The position numbers and the translations under genes are program-made. A DNA stretch of 64,000 nt from Paraphysomonas bandaiensis (lineage: Eukaryota > Protista > Chrysophyceae), in contig CBFFRP010000111.1 of NCBI GenBank assembly GCA_965644295.1, forward strand, positions 62,001 to 126,000. Direction: 5' to 3'. Position 1 is the first letter of the stretch, and each line of letters begins with the position of its first letter. The notes under the pieces were generated by a model. That model made no database searches. It was not told the origin of the DNA and saw nothing but the letters and a program-made list of their open reading frames with translations. Shown one piece after another: positions 30,701-42,064 of this stretch.

Positions 30701-32791
30701 CAACCACCATCTCACTACCGGAGTTTTTCTCACCATTTTCATATTTCTGAATACCGTCAGCGTTAGATGTCGACACTACATCCATAACCTCTGTGGTCTC
30801 ATTGGAGACGCAGTCAATAGTTTCAGATGGTATTTCGTGGTTGGATTTGACTTCAGCCTCTGACTCACTCACAATGACAGAAGGTTCAGCTCTATCTAAA
30901 TTCTCCTGTCCACTATTTTTGTCGAGATCGTGCGATACTACCGCACACTCCGATTCAGCGCGGAGTGTTTCAGCCTCTTTCATTTCAATATCCTCAGTAT
31001 TTTCTACTTCTGTTCCATCGGAAAAATCTCCAAAATTTCCAAGAATGTCATTCACAAAGTACTCAAACTTAAAGTTATTCGAAAGGTGCAACAGTCCTCT
31101 CAGGGCGTGCAGACAATTAACAGTATCCAGAATTCTGGACACATCACTGCTTTCGTCAACGCACAGATGCTCCCTGACACACGGTATCTCTTGAAGTAGT
31201 GTATCCAATTCTGAGATTTCTAGCGCACTGGGAAGATCTTCAGTACCAGTGCCCTCTACATTTTCCAATGCATGGGCGGCAAGGGCAGTTTGCTGCAGCT
31301 CTTCCTGATCCTCTTCTTCATCAAAGCACTGGAGAACTTGAGAAACCGCCTCTGTTCGAGCTTTGCGCATCTCACTCATTACATCTTTTCGCATAAAATT
31401 CTTTGCCTTCTCTTCGCGTCGGCGTACCTCACGATTTTTCTTAGCAACCTCCTTCTCCTGCTCTCGGCGTTGTTTTTCTTCCTCTCTCCTCTGACGCTCG
31501 GCCTCCTTTTCTCTCTCTCTGTAGATCACAAATCACATCTATACGAGCTTAAGGTCGTGCACATACCGCACAGCTTTTTCACGTTCGCGCTGTTCCTTCT
31601 CCTCTGCCGCTAAACGCTTTTTCTTTTCATTCTCTAGTTGCTACAGATAACGTCGTCATACAAAACACATAAAGAAACACTACATAGTGTACTAGCAGGC
31701 CAACTGTGTACCCTAATTATCAACATATATTAAAACAACACAACACCTGTTGACGCTTCCTTGTCTCGGCCAGTAATCGGACTTCATCTGGAGTCATATG
31801 TCTCTGGGAGTGTCTATTACGGCTGCGCATCTCACGACTCTGACGAGCTAGGAAAGCGGTACTGGCCAGGGTAGCTTGTTCCTAATGAACAGATGAGATG
31901 CAGACTAACATGAAGGAATACATATGACAACAGCAGAGCCACTTAGAGTGTTAATGCAGTGCATGATATTAAAAATAACACCGGTAAATCATACACATAC
32001 TGATGGCATTCTCTACAGTATATAGATGCAACGTATACAGCACATTACTCGTACCTGTGTAGTATATGTATCCCCATAGCCTCTCTCACAATGAAATAAG
32101 TATTCGCTACAGTTCTGGGCATCTTTTAAGCCCTCTAGCAGCAACTCAATCTCTAGGTTGAAGAAGGAAAGCTGGTCCAGCATGATGCACTCCCCGTCAA
32201 ACTGCAAATAATTTTAGCAGGACAGTCAAATAAAGTCAAATAGAGTTCTATTGTCACTTGCATAAATCTCATATAACACAAAGTTTGGTACCACAACAAT
32301 AGTACCTTACGCCACACTTCAGCTTCAGATGATGCAATGTGGACACGGCCAGTTGACTGAACAGTTAATATAAATTCAGGTTGATTATCTATTTCCATAA
32401 TTTCACATAGAAGAACTTGTGTACTTCCTGTGCCTTTACTTTTGCTAGAAAGATATTGTGTATCAATCTCAACCTCACATTTATATCCCACAGGATAGAG
32501 TTTCACTGGACTATGAAAATTCTTATTTCTTCGTATGACACCAAAGTTTAATACTTTAATATTTCCAAATTGTTTTGGTAAATGATTTTGTATTATCTTT
32601 AAATCTTCAGCAGCATGTTCATGTGCAGTTTCTCTTTGTAATGATATATTCTTCTTACTTTTATTATCATGAATAATCTTTTTATGATGATCTGAGTAGG
32701 ATGGTGAGATTCTATCATTCTCTTCATATTTATAGGATGATATATCATCTTTATGTTTCTTTTTTATTGGAAAGAAATCATTAGAGGACAT
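24799..32791 (-). CDS. Large multi-exon chromatin reader (FYRN/FYRC-like, DDT/WHIM-like, two bromodomains, PHD fingers, RanBP2 ZnF); BAZ/MBD9-like
   Basis: FYRN VLNFGVI...FHSPVKLYPVGY; LPLNQLTWQELARM; bromodomain YPDYHTVIKHPMSL...MRQVVINCFVFN; PHD CLVC...LLCDGCNAEAHLPCL/WFCPPC; WHIM3-like TQPLGYDDKGRSYWQF; WKCVSCSTMN...CIVC; second bromodomain SEPFWYPVD...VSEPMDLGTI...VWDNCQKYN. Confidence 0.85.
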
Positions 32792-33296
32792 TATTTGAAT
32801 ATATTGTAATGATTGTTATATATATATGCAACAATGTCCAATGAATGAATGAATGGGATGATCTATAGAGGGATTGTAGGAGGTTATCTATAGAGGTCTA
32901 CGTAATGGGGATGCTATGCATGCATACCATACCATACACACTGCTATACTGTATATGCATAGTAGTTGTAGTATAGGGAAGGTATGTATAGTAATTCTGG
33001 TATATAAAGCTGCTGATGGTACTGTCCGATTAGAGAACCAGTGACAGCAAATTTCATATATCAACACATCCGTGTATCGGACCGTATATTTTCAACCATC
33101 CGTAACGGGACGTCTTGTACCCATATGTATCATATGTTGAATATCATATGCGATTGTCCATATGTTAGTTAGTCCATGTCCACCATGTCAGTCCATTACA
33201 CATGCATATATATATATATATATATATCATACAATGATAACAATAAGCATGATAACAATCAATTCAAAGATAACAACTTTTATATATTGAAGAATA

Positions 33297-34193
33297 ATGT
33301 CAGAAGAAAAGAATGAATCAGCTAAAATTGTATGTCTATGGACTATACCACGTGCATGTTCAACGGTTTTCGAACGATCCATGATGAATCGCAGTGATGT
33401 ATATGAAACCTTTCATGAACCAAGATATATTCCTTTCTATTATGGTCCACCAAGTGATAGAGGAAGTTCAAGATATCCTGAACATGATGTTCGGGAGACA
33501 CAGGCTGATATTACTGCACAAATTCTTGAGATGAAAGCTAAGGCTCCACCGGGCTCTATAGTATTTATCAAGGATATGGCCTATTATCTTCTAGGACCAA
33601 ACGGATTAATTGATCGTGAATTACTGAACCAAGTCGTTGATTTAATCGATATTCATACATTTCTTATTAGAGATCCAAGGAAACAGGTCCGCTCGCTGTA
33701 TAAGATGTCCGTGGATATGGAGCCAACAACTGGGTGGGTTACTTTTGATCCTACTGAAGTCGGATATAAGGAAATATATGAAGTATTTTGTGCTGTAAAA
33801 GAAAAAATGGATAAATTCAACCCATCGGACAACACAAAATGGCCCACAGTGACTGATGCAGATGATCTTTTAGCCAATCCCAAATCTACCCTCGAGGCAT
33901 ACTGTCGTGGCGCAGGAATTTCTTTTGAAGAAGATCGAATGTTGACATGGGAGGCAAACGATCCAAAAGTAATTCTGAAGTGGGCTGATTGGCCAGGCTG
34001 GCATGACTCGGCCATAGAATCAACTGGATTCGATACCAAACACACCACGGTGAAGACAGTGCCCACTGCTACTGAGGAAGTACCGCTTACAGCCGCACAA
34101 AATGCAGTCAATGAGATGATCAATACGTGTATTGAAAATTCAATGCAGTATTATACACCTATGTATGAAATTCGAAGCGTCTCTGTCATTTGA
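33297..34193 (+). CDS. Sulfotransferase-fold protein (Sulfotransfer_5 / 'BCAT-like N-terminal' family), intronless
   Basis: LWTIPRACSTVFERS...FHEP, VFIKDMAYY, HTFLIRDP, DADDLLANP...LEAYC, WHDSAIESTGF are hallmark blocks of this family. Confidence 0.85.
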   Translation: MSEEKNESAKIVCLWTIPRACSTVFERSMMNRSDVYETFHEPRYIPFYYGPPSDRGSSRYPEHDVRETQADITAQILEMKAKAPPGSIVFIKDMAYYLLGPNGLIDRELLNQVVDLIDIHTFLIRDPRKQVRSLYKMSVDMEPTTGWVTFDPTEVGYKEIYEVFCAVKEKMDKFNPSDNTKWPTVTDADDLLANPKSTLEAYCRGAGISFEEDRMLTWEANDPKVILKWADWPGWHDSAIESTGFDTKHTTVKTVPTATEEVPLTAAQNAVNEMINTCIENSMQYYTPMYEIRSVSVI

Positions 34194-34584
34194 TTTGTAT
34201 GATATGGATCGCATGGCTTTTCAGAGTTTGAAAGTACTATATTATTCTCTGTGTCCAACTCGTGATATATAGCTTATAGTAAAAGGATAAAGGAATTTAC
34301 GCCACATTAATTGCGACTACGTATTATTCTTAATGGTAATATGTACGGAAATTGTTTTTGTAAGATAATTTACACGAATAGCTCATGAGATCGCATTAAT
34401 AAAATAAATAATATGACAAGACAATGGTAACGCCACTGCTTCACTACGGACAATCAAACGTCATACAAAAGCACAATAGAAAAAATATTTCCACGTATGC
34501 ATATAAAAGCGACCCAGCTAATATAACTTCAGCTCCATAATATCTTCAACAATTAACTACGGTACAATAACATATATTTCATCA

Positions 34585-35946
34585 TTATCGACGCGGAGTT
34601 CTGGTAGATCTGCCAGCAGAAAATGACCTATTACCCTTTTTAGTAATCGCCGGGACGGAAGTAGAGTTTCCGGCAAGCTATATGCAATGATGTGAGAACA
34701 CATAAGTAAGATGAATTCAAAACTTACTTGAAGTTTAAGTGACACATTTTCCCGTTTCAAACGTATGAACTCCTCAAAGCTGAAACTACCGTGCTCTTTT
34801 GAAGTGTCCTCTTCTATCTCTGAGAGTGACGAGCGCGTAGTAGCACATATCTCACTATCAAGGCTGGGAGATTGAGAGGACGAATTCTGGAGCAAAGGAA
34901 GGCTAGTAGTCTGTGTCGTGGCATCTATACGAATTTAACATAATAATTTTAGCATTCACATATTCACAGCATCAGAAGAGTAGAGGTACAAGTAATGCAC
35001 ACCTTGCTGTCGAGTTGACGTCACAGGTCTGGGCGGTCGTTCCATTTTCTTTTTAGTGGAGGCTACTACTTTAGAGTAGACATTTCTTAAGTCTTCATAT
35101 GACCTGGTGGCTTGATCCAACTCTTTCTCCAGTTGTGATATTCGCTCTGTCTTTGCGTCCATTATAGAAGTCAACCTTTGCATATCTAACTCATAGCTGC
35201 TTGTTTGTATTTTACTTTCATTTCTCAACTACGAATTCAAAAAATAGTAAGATCAGAGTTATGCCAAACACGGTTGTAAATAAGCACCTTTGTAAGTTGA
35301 GATTTACCAGATTCTACCGCTAACATCAAATCTTCGATTTTTGCCTATATTAAACATAAAGCGACTATATTGTAAGCAATAAACGATCCTTACAAACCTT
35401 ATACGAACTACATTCATTACAACAAGCCGGTTGGGTAAATGAAGAGGCTAACTCTCGAGCTGCCAAGCTGCGTATGTCTTCTACTTGCATTGTCAGTTGA
35501 GCAGTATGTTCTTCTGTTCTACGAGACTGTTCATCAGATTGCTTCGCATGGTCCTGTATCGTCCATAAAATACACTATGACGGGATAAAAATACGTCGAA
35601 ATACCTGTAGAAGGCGCATATGTGATTTCTCGGTTAGCGATTTAGAGGACCGCAGCGTTTTGACTTCGTTCTGGAGGGAAGAAACTTGGGACTGAAGAGA
35701 ATCAATTTCACCATCATGACCACAAGAATGTGTAGTAGATTCAACAGTAGACTCAGGTGGTACAGAGTTTGTGGATCCCTTAACACCTTTCGACATATCT
35801 GCTATAATGCCTTCAAGTCGTTTCACTTCAGTCCATAGATTATCATTCTCCTCATTAGCAGTCTCTAATAAGAACAACAGTTCAATATGATCACCACGTA
35901 ATCTTTCTTGTGCAGTACGACTTCTAATATCAAGAACATGTGACAT
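34585..35946 (-). CDS. Coiled-coil protein of unknown function (multi-exon; start uncertain)
   Basis: Series of heptad-rich ORFs separated by GT-AG introns; last exon ends ...RSTRTPRR*. Confidence 0.65.
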
Positions 35947-36103
35947 CTTTATATAATAATGAAGATATGAGTATGTTATGTATTCATAACTGTGATATAT
36001 ATGAATATATTGATGTTATTGTCGTTGTTTTAATAGTGGAATTAGTTTATATTCATGTTAATGGAATGGAATTCTTGGTATATAAATACAACGATCACAT
36101 CTT

Positions 36104-36134
<31 letters not shown>

Positions 36135-36603
36135 AGATGTTATATAGTTATATGGTACATGATCCCACAGCAGTGTGTACAGCAGAGTCCATAGCAACTG
36201 AATATATATATACAATACAGCAGTGTACTTCAATATATACGGTACATATTTCTATATGCTGCTATGTATGTATATGTATGTATGTATATGTATGTATACC
36301 GTCATCGTCGTCATAATATTCCGTTAGATGGACAGTACCATCAGCAAGAAGTGTGTTATAGACAACACGTAATATCCTATCATATTAATATGATTCGCTA
36401 TAATATATACAGACTTTGAAATGATTCGCTATGATGATGGGAAAGTACGAATGGACCTGTATAGTCATCATAACATTCCGATGAACGCATCATCGTATCT
36501 TTTAAATCGATATACTCTATACAATAAAACAGCCTCGTACCTGTCAACTGTCAACAGATACATACATACAGTACATATACCTACCTACCTACCTACCTAC
36601 ATA

Positions 36604-36637
<34 letters not shown>

Positions 36638-36717
36638 CACACATAGATACGTACATGATTCATATATATAACAGTTCACTCATCTAACAACACATACAAC
36701 TATAACATAATCCAAAT

Positions 36718-39700
36718 ATGTTCATCATAACATTATTCTATTTCCTCCTCCACACACCTCACTATCTATCTGATGAAGTATTAGGAGCTGGAGCTTCATT
36801 CCCTCAAACCTTATATGAAAATGCTATTACAGCCTATAAATCTCAATATAATGACGAGATATCATATCATACAATGGGAAGTGGTCGTGGAAGATGTCGA
36901 ATTAAATCATGGGAAGATACATGTGCCTCTGATGATGGACTTGATCCTCGTTATATTGATTTTGCTGGTTCAGATTCCATATTAACTCCTGAAGATTATC
37001 ATACTTATCCTGATTTACAGGTTTATTAAGACTGTTTATTATATCTTGTAATATATTATCTAATGTATCTATTATACAGATGTACCCGGTGGTGGCTGGT
37101 GCAGTAGCTGTTGTTTACAATATTCCTGGTATTTCATCGACATTGGAATCGAGAAGGCTTGTCTTAAGCAAAGAAGTAGTGGCACAGATATTTAGAGGTG
37201 AAATTCGATACTGGAATGACACAAGGATTCGATCCACTCAAAATAGTTTTGTGAAGGATCGCCTACCTGATGCTCCTATTGAAATCGTAGTGCGAAGTGA
37301 CTCTTCAGGAACGACGCAAATATTTAAATCTGCATTATCTTTTTTTGATAGCGCTTTTAATACCAGTATCGGCTCATCCAGTAGCTCGCTATGGCATGGG
37401 GTCAATGTGTCAAAAGTAGATGGTAACAGTGGCGTGGCAGCATACGTACTATTTACTCCCTTCACAATTGGCTACACTGTCCTAAGTGAGGCCAATCAGT
37501 TGGATCTCCCTGTAATAGGGCTTGGACAAAATAGTGGATCGGCTGTGTTTCCAACTTTGGGGAGTGTAACGGCAGCTCTTCTTGATGCCGGGAGTCAATT
37601 TGGCAACAACGGTGATGATCCAGAACACATGACTGCGAACCTATTCGTAACTCAGTCTTCGAACGCCTGGCCTTTGTGTGGATACACTTACTTGGTAATG
37701 CGAAAAGAAACTCTTCGTGAAGGTGGAACTCACTCGTCACGCCTATCCACATCGAAATTTTGGAATTGGTTTTACAGATCTGGCGTCGTGCGAGAGATAG
37801 CAGCTGCGAACTCCTTCGCCATGTTGCCCGACTCGGTGAGAGACATTGTGCTAGGCCGCTTCAACAGAGATATTAAAATCGACGGAAATGCAGTACATTT
37901 CTTTGTGCCCCTACAAGTTCCTCCTGTTTTAGATATTTTCTTCAAGCATATTGTAGTACCTGCCTACGGGAATATTGACGCTATTTCCCCGATATTGTCT
38001 GTGGTATCCTTAAATGAGTCATACTCTAACAACGATATTGTGATCACATTTAAATCTCATGCTGATATACTTCTCAGCAGCAACCATAATACTGTTGGGT
38101 TTAACTTGGCCACCTATAGCTTGGCGGTTGTTGTCAATCTGTGTGGTAACTTTCACCGGAGCCAGTGTCCGTTCGTTAGCAGTCCCCCTGTTCAACTTGA
38201 CATTCTAACTCTCGGTGCTATCTTCGCTGGAAAGATAACTAATTGGGGAGATATAAGCATTACTTCGAGAAACAAACATTTGGTAGGTGTGGACGAAACT
38301 ATTGTTATCGTTTCAGATTCCCGACATAGTTTGACATTGGTATCCTTGAAATCTATTTTTGAAAGTATAGTTCCAGGTATGTTGATGATTGACTTTGTGG
38401 GCGTGTCTAAAGTTAATGTATTGTTTGCAGAGTTTGAGTACTGCGAAAACTGCATGTGTGTTGAGAGTAATGAGAATCGTGTGAAGGCAAAGGTATATAA
38501 TACGGCTTTTAGTATAGCGGTGCTCTCAAATCTTGGTTTACTTGGGCCACAAGCATCCCCTGTTACCCTGGTCAATGCTGATACAACGTCAATAAATAGA
38601 ATTGATTCCCCACGGTCTGTGCGCCAGGGAGTATTTTCACAGTGTACAGGATCTAATTGCTATCCTCTGAGTGTTGCGCTTTCAGTAGTTACTACCAAAG
38701 AGCACAAGGACTGTGAATTGAGTGATGATGATGTGACGGTCAAGCGCGTCCGTTTTTTGAGTTGGGTTTCTCGTCAAAGCGAAGCTTTGAAGTCGCTAGG
38801 ATTTACGCCATTGGGCGACACAGGTGAAGTAGAGAGTGCACTGAAATCAATCACTTGCCATGGAGAATCCATACTGGATGTAAACAACGACAGAAATCTT
38901 TTGCCCACAAGCCTTGTAACTGGGTTGCTATCTCTGATGTACATAGTTGCGACTGTAGTACTTGCCTGTATCGCAGTATTAGTGATTAAGCGAAGAGAAA
39001 AAGATGTGCGCCTGTGGCAGCCATTCTACTTATATGTATTACTACTTGGATGTCTCATAACTCTATCAGCTATTATTCCTATGAGTATGGATGATAGGGA
39101 TATAAAACCCAACAGCGACGGAAGCTACCCTGTCCTGGATCATGCTTGCATGGCCACGCCATGGCTGTATTTCATTGGTTGCACTATGATGTATATGGCA
39201 TTACTAATTCGAGTATGGCGTTTGATTTGCTTGTCTTCAACACTAAAGCGAGCGACGGTGAGAACATCTGACATGCTGCCATATTTACTTTTCCCCATGA
39301 TGCTTTCGATTGTTGTCCTTTTCACATGGCAAGTATACGATCCACTACGGTGGGTACGAGTCGCTATTGAATTCGATTCAGAGGGAAACACTACATCATC
39401 TCGTGGAAAATGTTCGTCAGATTCAATGTCGCTCTTTTTGTTTGCACTTTTTTCTTTAGTACTTGGTCTTCTTATGTACGGTCAAGTTTTATGCTTCAAA
39501 GCTCGTAATATAGCTGCTGTCATAAGCGACAGCAAGTGGCTCTCAGCTGCTCTATCAAGCAGTGCTCAAGCCCTCTATTTCTCTATTCCAGTTTTTTATT
39601 TCATAAAGAAGAATCCAACAGCAGCCTATTTCGTGAAAGTTATGTCTGTACTCGCACAAGTATCCTTTGTTGTGGGGTGTATGCTGTTTCCCAAAATCTT

Positions 39701-39872
39701 TCATTTATTTGTTAGGACACATATATTGGTTATACCTAATGAGGATTGCGTGGCATATCCTTGTGTGCGACACGAAAGCGATAAGAGTGTCTCCACTTCG
39801 ACGTGTACGTTGGATCATGTCTCATCACAAAAGAAAAGGTGGGAAAGCATTGTGGAAGAAACTGAGTGCTAA
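36718..39872 (+). CDS. PstS-type phosphate-binding domains fused to a class C GPCR (GABA-B-like 7tm_3) transmembrane domain
   Basis: 59-nt intron 37021..37079 gives LQ|MYPVVAGAVAVVYNIPG. Signal peptide; PstS motifs GAGASFP, GSGRG, DFAGSD, IFRGEIRYWND, VRSDSSGTT, GNSGV, AWPLCGYTY; second repeat AIFAGKITNWGD...YPLS; 7tm_3 motifs WQPFYL, CMATPW...IRVWRL, WQVYDPLRW, FKARNI...SDSK, LFPK. Confidence 0.9.
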
Positions 39873-40429
39873 AGTATATATAAACTAAATTTTGTGTGGT
39901 AATATTATTGTCTGAGCTGTTGTGTGCATGTCAAGTACAAAAATATAGCGATAATATATTATACTAGTGTTTTTTTTTGTTTTTTTTAAATCAACTTTTG
40001 ACGTTGTGGATGGTGTAAACTTAATAACTGAACATTATATTCACTCGATACTCAGTTGTTAAAATTATAAACAATATCTCTTATCATTCAGTGTCATTCA
40101 CAAATAAAATAATATCAATTGTCATTTGTAAGCCCATTTGGGGTGAACTGCTACTTATGAACTCAACAATTAATATGTGCAGTGTGCCACTCCACCTGAG
40201 TTCTTCGAATCCATATAAATTCAATATATACAATAGTTTTCAATACCTGTGCTGCTCTTGATACTTGATAATCTTATATAGCCACCACATATATCACTGT
40301 ATCTGATGAATTTCATAGTACTTCATTAAATACACATAACACCGTCTTTAACTATTGTTTTCATCACCAGCAGTTTTATTTCAAAGTCCTTAACCTGATG
40401 CTTATTTTGTCAGCTATATGCAAAACTAA

Positions 40430-41793
40430 ACCCTCAACAAAGTCGGACTCACACATTTTCGTGATGTTCTGGGGATATGTGCCGGGGATATTTCTCCGGG
40501 AAACTAAAGTAACCCACACATATAGTCAGCAGATATTTTTCTGCCCACTAATAAGTGTCACTAAAATGTAGACGTCTTCAGGCCCACCTTAAAGACACCC
40601 GGGGTATATGGCTGCCTGCTGAAGTCAAGCATCCGGGGTTTAATAATCCTGAAGTCAGCAGATGTCAGGTATCAGCATTCTACTTGCTCACTGCGTTTGC
40701 TTCGGGTGGTGGACCGAAAGTGGTTGCACCTTCAAGGTCAGGTAAATATATTGGATTGCTATTATTTAAATTTTTGCGTGCTACAACATATTGATTATTA
40801 TTTTAGCAAAATCTGGCCTCACAATATATTTCAATATATTGATATATATTGCTCATATGATTGTGTGTCTTAGAAATATATTTGATTAATCGTAAGTTAT
40901 TCTACTCATAATCACATATAACTCATCTATTATTATAACGTCAAACTTGCAACAAAAACTCTATTCATGTTCATATAAGAATTTGAACTGTCTCTGCCAA
41001 GCTATTTGCCAAAGAGTAACTTCAAACTGTTTAAATTGATGCTGTCATCCTCGTAAAAATATGTTTTACTTGTAATCTGTAATAGAATGAAAGTCTCAAC
41101 AGTCAATAGTCAATAAAAGCAAGAAGATGCCAGCAAAACGATCGCCATATCCGCCAAAACTATTATTCAAAATTATTACTGTAGAGAATACGGTTCCAAA
41201 CTATTCGACCGTCATCTCTTTCATATTTATTACGTACACTTTTATTATGAACAGTCAACGAAACCGTTTCAAAACCCTACCTTCGATAAGGCCATATTGT
41301 GAAGATTCAGAATGGATATGTGGAATCTCTGTCTCCTCAAGAGAGAAAAGCGGTTACGAGAATTTGAATGAATGCAAAAGAAGCCGATTCACTGGATACC
41401 GCCGTCGAAGTGGCAAACGTAAGAAACGCAACAGGTCATCGATCATGGACCATCCGATCAGGACAAGAATGAGGACAACAGTGACGAAGAGTTGGAACAC
41501 TTAGAGCACCAGTTGCTTTCATCACTATGTAACCTCTACTAACTATCTACTGCCGATCGAACTAATTTCTTCTTCTTAGTGCCCAATATTGCAACATATT
41601 TATTAATTATTATTGGTCTTGAAAAATATTGTTATTATTATATATTTTTACTGGCAATATATTGTTATCACCCCCTGTGCACCTTGGTGCTTGCGTTGAC
41701 GCACAAGCAGCTTTCGTAGCGTTAAATAGTAGGATATCAGAGTTAAGCGCTGAGTCTTACATGCCTATTGCTATTACTAGACATTCACTTCTA
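40430..41793 (-). mobile_element. R1 repeat copy D (inverted), split in two by a nested insertion; weaker similarity extends to ~40070
   Basis: 40430-40732 and 41678-41793 are contiguous parts of the reverse complement of copies A/B (…ggttgcacctt|ggtgcttgcg…). Confidence 0.85.
40733..41677. mobile_element. 945-bp non-autonomous hAT-like DNA transposon
   Basis: Exact 8-bp TSD TGCACCTT (40725-40732 and 41678-41685); imperfect TIRs caaggtcaggtaaatatattg / rc cagggggtgataacaatatattg; repeated subterminal AATAT(AT)TG motifs at both ends. Confidence 0.8.
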
Positions 41794-42064
41794 CAAAACT
41801 TTACATAAAGCAGAGCACTATCCCCAACCTCACTCAGTTATTAGTAGTTTTCCTATTTACAACCATTTATAAATTTAGAATTTCTATCAGCTTTTATGTA
41901 TTGGAAAGAAAATTGTTTAAATTTTAGCTTACTTGTAGTTCCCTTACTCTGGGCTACCACTGCTGTGTTAAACAAAGGCGAGCATGTCTCATGGTGTACC
42001 ACGATGAATCACATATAAGCAATCAATTGATTTTTAGCTTAATACAAATAAAGCCATCACCTTA

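Noticed and set aside
36718-37900. Bacterial pstS / contamination or pst operon
   Set aside because: Has a spliceosomal intron, is fused to a eukaryotic 7TM domain, and no pstCAB genes are nearby.
41127-41504. 125-aa ORF as a host gene
   Set aside because: Lies inside the TSD-flanked insertion and has no recognisable domain; likely decayed element sequence.
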